Part shown: positions 25,072 through 32,000 of the stretch, piece after piece
Layout of the letters: every line of letters starts with the position of its first letter
Position numbering within the stretch: position 1 is the stretch's first letter
Source of the DNA: Petroclostridium xylanilyticum
GTDB lineage: Bacteria; Bacillota; Clostridia; SK-Y3
DNA: 32,000 bases
Assembly: GCF_002252565.1 (NCBI RefSeq)
Contig: NZ_NPML01000018.1
Coordinates: 271,907-303,906, forward strand
Direction of reading: 5' to 3'
The notes under the pieces: generated by a model
What the model was told of the DNA's origin: nothing
What the model saw: the letters and a program-made list of their open reading frames with translations, nothing else
Database searches by the model: none
Program-made: the position numbers and the translations under genes

Positions 25072-25290
25072 TTACCAGTCATTCCATTCATCAAAGCCTT
25101 CCCTTGCACCTGTAAAGAAAAACTCTGTATGCCTGCATTTAGGGCAGACATATACGTCAAAAGTCAAATGCTCTTCAATATCAAATAATGCTCCCAATAT
25201 TCCCCTATTATTATCCTGGGAATCAAAGCGGTATTCTTTCAGATACTTCATTTGCTCTTTACACCTTAAACACTCAAACTGTTTTTCCAT
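25072..25290 (-). CDS. Zinc-ribbon protein, 72 aa
   Basis: CLRC...CPKC pairs (CxxC-N36-CxxC). GGAAGGAG RBS 9 nt upstream. Confidence 0.6.
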   Translation of the reverse strand: MEKQFECLRCKEQMKYLKEYRFDSQDNNRGILGALFDIEEHLTFDVYVCPKCRHTEFFFTGAREGFDEWNDW

Positions 25291-25452
25291 TTTAAGTTAG
25301 ACTCCTTCCACTTTATTCACATTAAAATCATTCTATTTTTAATTATAATATAAAATGCTTATATCCGTGCTATTTTACAGTTATATTTTTATTTTTTATT
25401 TGACGTGTAAAGAATAGCATATGTTTCATTCGTCCTAACGTCTAAGAGTGCT

Positions 25453-25671
25453 TTATCCAATATAATTCCCCATGTCTTTCTTTAAATCATCAATATTTCT
25501 ATAGTAACAATATATAAAAGTATCATTAATACCATCTTCACTATTTTCTATACAAAGATTTATTCTATAAAATATATCCAGCCGCTCATCAAAGCCTTTA
25601 TCAACTTGCACGCCATTAAGTATAAAAGTTTCCAATACTGTAAAATTCCCAAAAATCGTTACGCCCTTCAT
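25453..25671 (-). CDS. Hypothetical protein, 72 aa
   Basis: ATG lies 7 nt after GGAGTG. No family recognised. Confidence 0.45.
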   Translation of the reverse strand: MKGVTIFGNFTVLETFILNGVQVDKGFDERLDIFYRINLCIENSEDGINDTFIYCYYRNIDDLKKDMGNYIG

Positions 25672-25781
25672 GGTTAATCACTCCATTCAGTTTTTATTTG
25701 AAGGTTATTATATAAATAGTACCTGTAAAATCAACATTTGGAGTGATTTTTTATAAATCAGTTTCCTAAATCAAAATCAAC

Positions 25782-25842
25782 ATTATTATCAAAAAAGGTT
25801 CTAGTAGCCAACTCATATACTAAAACCTTTTTTGATAATAAT
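25782..25842 (-). terminator. 19-bp perfect-stem hairpin immediately after the KAP NTPase stop codon
   Basis: 25782-25800 (ATTATTATCAAAAAAGGTT) is the exact complement of 25824-25842, with a 23-nt loop. The stem ends 2 nt from the stop codon at 25845. Confidence 0.55.
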
Positions 25843-25844
25843 TG

Positions 25845-28800
25845 TTAATCTTCAGTTCCTGTTTTAGAATATTTCTCAATAATGTCTTTAAATTCACTTT
25901 TATTTATACCACGCATTTTATATAGTCCAGAATTAATAAGTACGTAAATTGCTTTCTCTCTTATCTCTTCATTATTTTTAGCAATATTATATAATATCTT
26001 CGCTAACTTATAACTCATTCCTCTTGGAAATTTTTTTTGATTATAATACAAAGTTAATGTGTCAAGTGCTGCTTTCTTTTGAGCCAATCCGCCTTCAAGT
26101 AAATAAATAAAAGTATTATTAATAATATCATTTGTTTTATTTGCTACTAAATACTTATTATTATCTTTTAATGCAACAAATAGTTGAAGTAGGTTATTAA
26201 TTTCAATTTCTGATGAAGTGTTTTTAATCTTGTCCTCTATTAGTGAATAATAATACATTCTTTCTTCTTCACTATCTATTTTCTCTGATACTGTATTTAA
26301 AGTATATTGATATTTATTATCAACCTTACCCTCTATAAAGAGTTTAATAGTGTTTTCCCTTACACTTCTTTCATTAAACAATAAGTTATTGAACACATTC
26401 TTCTGAACTTCCTTTTCGAATATTGAATACATAGATAAAATAATTCTTAATTCAACATCTTTATTAGTAAATTCCAACTTTGAAGTTATCTCGCACAAGT
26501 TATTTATTTTGTCAGTCATGTTAAATTTTTTATTAATAAAATTAAATACCGCATCTAAAAGTTGATTTATAGTCTCACTTCCATAGTAAATTAATATTTC
26601 AATAATCTTTTGAGGGTTATTATTTATCTCTTTACAATCTTTTGAGATAATATTGGATAAAATTCTTTGTCTAATATTATTATCAGATAATATAGTATAA
26701 TTTTGGATAAACTGCTTAACAGCAAAATCATATATTAGATTACTTTCTATTTTACTTAAAATACTAGAAAAATATTGATTTTTTAAATCATCAACATTAA
26801 ATAAATGCATTAAATCATTATATATAGTATAGGTTAGTTTAATAATTTCCTCGTTCACAGGATTAGGGTTCCTTTGTTGAGAATTTGCTATATAAATCAA
26901 ACTATTTGACAATTGATTTATTTTATCAGGTTCTATTATGAATGAGCATTGCCTTAGTAACGAATATAAAAACTCCATTATGTTTTTATTAATTTGATTG
27001 TTTTGATTATTTAATAAGTTCAGTATGTTTTGCATAATAGTATTTCTTTGTGTAGAATTAATATATTCTTTTACACCATTGATGTATTTAACTAAATATT
27101 TGCTACTATTACTTGTTATTTCTAAAGAATTTATAACTTGTACTATATTTTGAACTATTCTATCAATGTTTCCATATACTTTAACAATTTCACAAACCGC
27201 ATTTATATAACTTCTTATAAATAATTCTTTTTCCTTAACATAATATTCACATAACCTAGTAACTAGTTTCATCTTACTTTCATTATCAATTTTATATTCT
27301 GCCCCAATTTTTATTATCAATTTGAATATCTTATTACATGTATCTTCATCTTTCCATTTATTTGCTTCCAATGATAAAGCATCAACTATGTTTGTTGCAT
27401 ATTTGCTTATATCTTTATCCAAATTTAGAATACTATCTAAAATTTCAATACAAGTAGATGATAATTCCGAATTATCATCATTTATATAATTTAGTATTTT
27501 TTCAGTTAATAAGTTATGATTATCATCAACCAACTTTTCGCTAATATTTAATAAATACCTTGATATTATCTTTTTATCATCCTCTGAGTATTCTTCTTTA
27601 AAATCCATTATTGTTTCAAAAATATCTCCCGAAAAATATTTTTCTAATGATTTTTGGTTATCATTTATCTTACTAATTATCCGTAGTACTTCTTTATAGT
27701 CTTTTTCATATAATTTAACTAAAACTCTGTCCAAGAGGTTAATATTAAATGATAAATTACTATTCATGCAAATAGTATTCAATACATTATTCGTATAATT
27801 TAAATTATCTAGTGCCAGCGTATTTACATACTCATTAATTATATCGGAATAGTAGTTGTAATGCTCGGTTATACTAATATAATTCACAACGCCATTTATA
27901 CTAAACTGTTTTATATTATTTTTATATTGCTGTATCTTATTTAGAATAATACTGGCAAATTGGTACTTAATTTCTTCTGGAATTAACCTAACAATATTTA
28001 AATCGGATAGGCTACTAAGAATATTTATCATATCTAAGTTTTCGTATTTATCTATTCTCAGTAATAAATTATTAAATATTTCGATTCTTTCAGCATGAGA
28101 CTTAGTCTTGTTTATTTCAGTGACAAAACCATTAATATCTTTATTAATTATTAAATTCTCAAGATTCTCTACATATTCATCAGAATAAGAAATATTTAAC
28201 ATGTCTTGAGATAAATAAATATAAGTTTTAATATGCTCACGTGAAACAATATAATTGCTTGTATAATACAAGTACTCTATTGCTTCTTTAAACTCATCCT
28301 TAACTCTAAACTCCTGCTCTTCTTCAACACAATAATATTTACTTAAAATATTAATTTGGGACTCTTCAAAGTCATTATCTCCTCTTCTTACTCTCTCAAC
28401 GTATTCTAATAATCTATTATTATTTACTAAATCATAATAAAGTTGTGTAAACTCCGTCTGCAATACAGTTATTTTAGCCAGAAATTTTAAGTCCAATGTA
28501 AAATTTGCACTAAAATAATTATCTTGTAGTCTTTTTTTAAAAATTTCGTATAACAAAATAAAGTTATTTAATAGTATTTTTACTTTTCTTGGGCTCATAA
28601 CATTTTTATAAATTAGAACATGAACAATCTCCTTTAATTCTTCTTTAGGAACATCTATATCTATACTACTTAGCAATTTAATTGCGTAGTCTCTAATTTT
28701 TTCTTGTCTAAATGGAGGTATAGTCAATTTGATTTGAAAGATTTTATCTAAATAATCTGTATCATCTATTTTTTCTTCAATTAGGGCTTTTTTCAAAACT

Positions 28801-29627
28801 GCATCATCACAGGCAATAATAAAAATACAATTTTTTATATTCATAAACGTTTTTATTGTCTCTAATACTTCAATGACTTTTTTGCTCTGACATCTATCCA
28901 AATCATCAACAAAAACAATAATTTTATTATTATTTTTGACAAAATTATTTATAAGTTTTTTAAATGACTTTTCAAATTGCTCTAAACTCTCTAAGTTTTC
29001 ATTTGACTTTGTTATTGTTACATTGGAAGTATAGTCTTTCAATATTTTAACTACATAATAAATAACCCCAACAACAATAGCATTGAAAAATAACGGTATT
29101 GACATTTGTCCTTCTATATGAAGCCATTTAAATAAAAATAAATAAAAAATCACTTCAGCAATTAATATTATAATAGATGAACATAGCAATCCTTTAAACA
29201 TTTCCTTAATGCTTTTTTTAAGGTTACCTTCACTTTTTAGAAATGACTGATTATTTATCTGTCGATTTCCTTTTATATAAAGTGATTCTATCAATTCATC
29301 GACAGGCTCGCCCGTTTGTTTTGCTACTTCTAGAAGAAACTTTCTTTTTAAAGATATAGGCTCATTTGAATATTTCCAGCATTCAAACATAACTGTTTTG
29401 TATTTCTTTGAATTATCGATTCGATTTTTTAATAAGTTTATAATTGTAGTTTTTCCGACTCCCCACTTCCCAAATAAACCAATATTTAATTGCTCATTTT
29501 GACAGTTGTCAATAATATTCTTTATAACGTCCACATAGTGTCTATGACCGAATTCATCACCATTTATATTTCCTATTGGCTCATCAACAAAGACTCTAAT
29601 ATTATTATCTATTTTTGCGTCTTTCAT
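25845..29627 (-). CDS. KAP-family P-loop NTPase with a membrane insert and an ~850-aa helical-repeat C-terminal extension
   Basis: Walker A GKWGVGKTT, FECWKY block, two hydrophobic helices inserted in the NTPase domain (LLCSSIIILIAEVIFYLFLF, IPLFFNAIVVGVIYYVV), and Walker B IIVFVDDLDRC. The remainder is an N/I/K-rich helical repeat region. Confidence 0.8.
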   Translation of the reverse strand: MKDAKIDNNIRVFVDEPIGNINGDEFGHRHYVDVIKNIIDNCQNEQLNIGLFGKWGVGKTTIINLLKNRIDNSKKYKTVMFECWKYSNEPISLKRKFLLEVAKQTGEPVDELIESLYIKGNRQINNQSFLKSEGNLKKSIKEMFKGLLCSSIIILIAEVIFYLFLFKWLHIEGQMSIPLFFNAIVVGVIYYVVKILKDYTSNVTITKSNENLESLEQFEKSFKKLINNFVKNNNKIIVFVDDLDRCQSKKVIEVLETIKTFMNIKNCIFIIACDDAVLKKALIEEKIDDTDYLDKIFQIKLTIPPFRQEKIRDYAIKLLSSIDIDVPKEELKEIVHVLIYKNVMSPRKVKILLNNFILLYEIFKKRLQDNYFSANFTLDLKFLAKITVLQTEFTQLYYDLVNNNRLLEYVERVRRGDNDFEESQINILSKYYCVEEEQEFRVKDEFKEAIEYLYYTSNYIVSREHIKTYIYLSQDMLNISYSDEYVENLENLIINKDINGFVTEINKTKSHAERIEIFNNLLLRIDKYENLDMINILSSLSDLNIVRLIPEEIKYQFASIILNKIQQYKNNIKQFSINGVVNYISITEHYNYYSDIINEYVNTLALDNLNYTNNVLNTICMNSNLSFNINLLDRVLVKLYEKDYKEVLRIISKINDNQKSLEKYFSGDIFETIMDFKEEYSEDDKKIISRYLLNISEKLVDDNHNLLTEKILNYINDDNSELSSTCIEILDSILNLDKDISKYATNIVDALSLEANKWKDEDTCNKIFKLIIKIGAEYKIDNESKMKLVTRLCEYYVKEKELFIRSYINAVCEIVKVYGNIDRIVQNIVQVINSLEITSNSSKYLVKYINGVKEYINSTQRNTIMQNILNLLNNQNNQINKNIMEFLYSLLRQCSFIIEPDKINQLSNSLIYIANSQQRNPNPVNEEIIKLTYTIYNDLMHLFNVDDLKNQYFSSILSKIESNLIYDFAVKQFIQNYTILSDNNIRQRILSNIISKDCKEINNNPQKIIEILIYYGSETINQLLDAVFNFINKKFNMTDKINNLCEITSKLEFTNKDVELRIILSMYSIFEKEVQKNVFNNLLFNERSVRENTIKLFIEGKVDNKYQYTLNTVSEKIDSEEERMYYYSLIEDKIKNTSSEIEINNLLQLFVALKDNNKYLVANKTNDIINNTFIYLLEGGLAQKKAALDTLTLYYNQKKFPRGMSYKLAKILYNIAKNNEEIREKAIYVLINSGLYKMRGINKSEFKDIIEKYSKTGTED

Positions 29628-29698
29628 AATCTCCCTGACCCCTTTGCTAATATAACTTATATATTATTTAATTTGACATTAATCTTCCATTTCCTCTT

Positions 29699-29810
29699 TT
29701 ATCCACAAAATTTTTCAACAAAAACGGGATTTTGTGGAGAATATAATAAAAATCAGATGCTACATTGCCTTAATTTGATGCAATAAGCCCTTAAAAATTG
29801 TCCACAAAAC
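29699..29810. promoter_or_regulatory. Three (T)TCCACAAAA motifs (DnaA-box-like) in the divergent KAP/recombinase intergenic region
   Basis: TTATCCACA at 29699-29707 is a perfect DnaA-box consensus. An inverted copy TGTGGAGAA lies at 29733-29741, and the two form a 10-bp inverted repeat (29702-29711 with 29729-29738). TTGTCCACA at 29798-29806. TATAAT at 29742-29747. Confidence 0.35.
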
Positions 29811-29915
29811 TTTTTAGTCTCCTTTTTAAGCCTGAAATCAACCTGCTATATTAACTTGAAATTCACCTTAGATATTCTTAAAATCATGGTAAAGTTTATG
29901 GAAAGGAGTTTAGTC

Positions 29916-30806
29916 ATGGATACGAAGGAATATTACTTGGATGCTTTTGTAGATTATTTAAATAAAAGCGATAAATCATCTGGTACCATATTAACCTACA
30001 CTGCCAATATCAAAGGCTTTATCAAATACTACGTTGAATCATATGGTGAGGAGTTTATCCCAGAAAATGTAATCATGATGGACTTAAGGAACTATCGAAA
30101 TTATCTCCTGAATATCAAGCGTCAAAAAGCATCTACTATTAATAATAAGATTGCTTCGCTAAAAGAATATTTTTTCTTTTTAATGAGTAATAGCATTATT
30201 AAAACTAATCCAGCAGAAAATCTAAAGAAAATACGAACCAACAAACCTGTTGCTCCAAAAAGTTTTTCTGACACTGAATTTAAGAAAATTAAGCGATATG
30301 TATATAGAAGTCAAAAGGATTTATGGATAGTAGTTTTTGAGTTGTTATCTAAAACTGGAGTCAGAGTAAGTGAACTTATAAATATCCGCCTTGCTGACAT
30401 AACCATAAATGAACGTTCTGGAAATCTAAGAGTTATAGGTAAAAACCAGAAAGAAAGGAATATTCCTCTGCATTTAGATGTCAGAAAAGCAATTACTGCA
30501 TATATGGAAGTTAGAGATAGAATGTCCATATCATCTGATTATCTTTTAATAAGCGAAAGAAAACGACCCTTTACCCGTTCTGGAATCTTTAAAATGCTAA
30601 AGCGTTGGGAAAACGACACGAATATTAAAATTCACCCTCATATGTTCAGGCATCACTTTGCAATTCAAGTTCTTAACACACCCAATGCTGATATCAATAC
30701 TGTACAGTACCTCTTAGGACATGAAAGTATAGAAAGTAGCGCTATTTATCTTAAAGTGAGACAGGAGGATTTGGAAGAAAGTATTAATGCTATATCAGAT
30801 TATTAG
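29916..30806 (+). CDS. Tyrosine recombinase/integrase (XerC/D-like)
   Basis: ATG 29916 lies 7 nt after AAAGGAG. An N-terminal SAM-like core-binding domain is followed by catalytic blocks GVRVSELINIRLADI, HPHMFRHHFA and LLGHESIESSAIY. Confidence 0.85.
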   Translation: MDTKEYYLDAFVDYLNKSDKSSGTILTYTANIKGFIKYYVESYGEEFIPENVIMMDLRNYRNYLLNIKRQKASTINNKIASLKEYFFFLMSNSIIKTNPAENLKKIRTNKPVAPKSFSDTEFKKIKRYVYRSQKDLWIVVFELLSKTGVRVSELINIRLADITINERSGNLRVIGKNQKERNIPLHLDVRKAITAYMEVRDRMSISSDYLLISERKRPFTRSGIFKMLKRWENDTNIKIHPHMFRHHFAIQVLNTPNADINTVQYLLGHESIESSAIYLKVRQEDLEESINAISDY

Positions 30807-30833
30807 AAACAAATTTATCTTTAGTTTCAGACT

Positions 30834-30863
30834 AAAAAACAGGCTCATATTGCCTGTTTTTTG
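30834..30863 (+). terminator. Rho-independent terminator of the recombinase gene
   Basis: AAAAACAGGC-tcatatt-GCCTGTTTTTT. Confidence 0.75.
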
Positions 30864-30998
30864 CTATCTATAATACTTACTATTTTCTTTTCATAATGCT
30901 TATTATTGCAGAAACGCTTACAATTGTGATGCATACTATAAGGCTTACTATTATATATTTCAAATTCTCGACCTGCTTTCTGTACACTTCATAATGTA

Positions 30999-31060
30999 AA
31001 GGATTTAGGGATAAGGGGTAAGTTTGACCTTATGCTCTTATCCCTCCTTTACTCCTAATT
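30999..31060. repeat. TAGGGA/TAAGG-rich palindromic repeat cluster (copy B)
   Basis: GGATTTAGGGATAAGGGGTAAG-tttg-ACCTTATGCTCTTATCCCTCCTTTACTCCTAATT. The arms GGGATAAG and CTTATCCC are complementary. The right arm aligns with 5183-5220. Confidence 0.6.
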
Positions 31061-31062
31061 CT

Positions 31063-31263
31063 CTAACTATGCTGTTTTATCACCTTCCACTCTCTCATAT
31101 TGTCTTTCATAATAAATGTCGTTACTACAGCAAAAGGTATGACCGCAAGCCATCTGTATTCATAAAATAATTTCTGAAACAAGTAAAAAAGGAGAAAGAA
31201 TGTTGCGTATCCTACCATTGTAGGTATAACTATGTTAAAAATTATATTTAATCTCTTTTTCAT
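31063..31263 (-). CDS. Small membrane protein, 66 aa
   Basis: ATG 31263 follows AGGGAG. There are two hydrophobic segments. An upstream cTGACA-N17-TACTAT promoter sits on the minus strand at about 31288-31316. Confidence 0.55.
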   Translation of the reverse strand: MKKRLNIIFNIVIPTMVGYATFFLLFYLFQKLFYEYRWLAVIPFAVVTTFIMKDNMREWKVIKQHS

Positions 31264-31440
31264 CAATAATCAACTCCCTTCTTCATCTATATAGTAGCGC
31301 GCACAAAGAAATTTGTCAGGTCCAAACTTATAAAATGTTATGCATTTGTAATAAAATCCAATAAAATTTTGTCGCCTTAAAACACTTTCAATTCCTTGAA
31401 ACATATGCCTTTCACCATCTTAACTAATATACATATATAA

Positions 31441-31512
31441 TTAATAGGGTTTAGGGAGCATAAGGTGCTAAAGGGTAATAGGAGTAATAGGGCTTATAGG
31501 GACGATAGTAAT
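31441..31512. repeat. TAGGGA/TAAGG-rich repeat cluster (copy C), inverted relative to the right arm of copy B
   Basis: ATAGGGTTTAGGGAGCATAAGGTGCTAAAGGGTAATAGGAGTAATAGGGCTTATAGGGA. GAGCATAAGGT (31456-31466) is the exact complement of ACCTTATGCTC (31027-31037). Confidence 0.6.
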
Positions 31513-31530
31513 CTAATAAGATTTTTTATT

Positions 31531-32000
31531 CTATTCGATGTTAAATACCATTTTCTTTAGTTCGTCTATACTGCAAATGCTGGTTACATTCTGAAGCCAT
31601 TTCATTAAAGTGTTCTCATTCTTTTGTCCTGCTATAGCATAGTAGATGTCATCAGGTAGGACATTAAATTTCTCTAAAAGTATTACCATAATCGATTCCC
31701 GCATTCCTTCCTTATTCCCTTCATCCCTAATCCTTATTCCTACCTCTGTATCCATGAGATATTCCTTTAAAACCTCAACCCCTTGTTTACCTATTAATCT
31801 CGATATAATTTCTGAAATTACTGTTAAGTACGTTATACGTTCTTCTTCGTCTTTCATTCTCTCTAATAAGGACATAACCTTCAGCAACACTTCATTAAAA
31901 GGTAAGGAATTCTTCATAAATGGAAGAAATACCAGGCTCAGTTTATCTCTACCATCAAGTAGACAACCTGAACTAATTTTTTGGCTAAGTTCCTCATATA
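31531..32000 (-). CDS. Rpn/YhgA-like putative transposase-nuclease, C-terminal (DUF4351-like) part. The 5' end lies beyond the window.
   Basis: The frame stays open upstream of the listed Met to position 32000 (...YEELSQKISSGCLLDGRDKLSLVFLPFMKNS...). The tail ILLEKFNVLPDDIYYAI...SIDELKKMV resembles Rpn-family C-termini. Confidence 0.45.
   Translation of the reverse strand, partial: YEELSQKISSGCLLDGRDKLSLVFLPFMKNSLPFNEVLLKVMSLLERMKDEEERITYLTVISEIISRLIGKQGVEVLKEYLMDTEVGIRIRDEGNKEGMRESIMVILLEKFNVLPDDIYYAIAGQKNENTLMKWLQNVTSICSIDELKKMVFNIE

Noticed and set aside
29699-29810. The DnaA-box cluster as the chromosomal oriC.
   Set aside because: There are only three boxes, with no dnaA/dnaN or other origin-linked genes and no obvious AT-rich unwinding repeats. 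It is reported only as a regulatory curiosity.
30880-30963. 27-codon hydrophobic minus-strand ORF ((M)KYIIVSLIVCITIVSVSAIISIMKRK) as a type I toxin-like peptide.
   Set aside because: It has a TTG start with only a weak AGCAGG upstream, and no identifiable antisense RNA or promoter. It is too short to support without expression or conservation data, though worth remembering if a family emerges.
1-32000. tRNA, rRNA or tmRNA genes anywhere in the window.
   Set aside because: I recognised no cloverleaf-like or rRNA-like segment by eye. This is weak negative evidence, and tRNAscan-SE/Infernal should be run.

Overview
The window is an AT-rich, Clostridia-like accessory region interrupted by a visibly GC-richer foreign block. 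All family names come from motif recognition by eye; no database search was run.

(1) Left edge, 1-5112, minus strand: the core of a Tn7-like transposon. tnsA, tnsB and tnsC have overlapping, translationally coupled junctions. They are followed by the start of a tniQ/tnsD gene whose frame is broken after codon 17. The tnsA-proximal transposon end must lie around 5113-5345 but cannot be pinned down.

(2) 5.3-9.6 kb and 24.5-32 kb: host or island DNA. It holds small membrane proteins, a NYN-domain nuclease-like protein, an orphan promoter-terminator unit with four GTTTCG repeats (candidate sRNA), and DUF1848 and DUF5680 genes. It also holds a zinc-ribbon protein, a 1260-aa KAP-family P-loop NTPase, a tyrosine recombinase and a partial Rpn/DUF4351-like gene. 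A family of TAGGGA/TAAGG-rich repeat clusters occurs at three intergenic sites.

(3) 9617-24503: a 14.9-kb composite transposon. It is bounded by two identical 1707-bp ISLre2-family elements and flanked by an 8-bp target duplication (TAATTCAT) that splits the DUF5680 gene.
- Its main cargo is a ptxABCD-type phosphite uptake and oxidation operon with a PhoP-box-like promoter and a LysR regulator.
- It also carries a second ISLre2-like IS and two IS1634-family elements, all with clean duplications.
- One IS1634-family element is nested in an IS1380-family remnant.
- A 131-nt 5' fragment of a group IIC intron sits behind a terminator hairpin.

The best candidates for uncharacterised biology are the KAP NTPase locus, the GTTTCG-repeat RNA next to the NYN gene, and the TAGGGA-rich repeat pair beside the recombinase.
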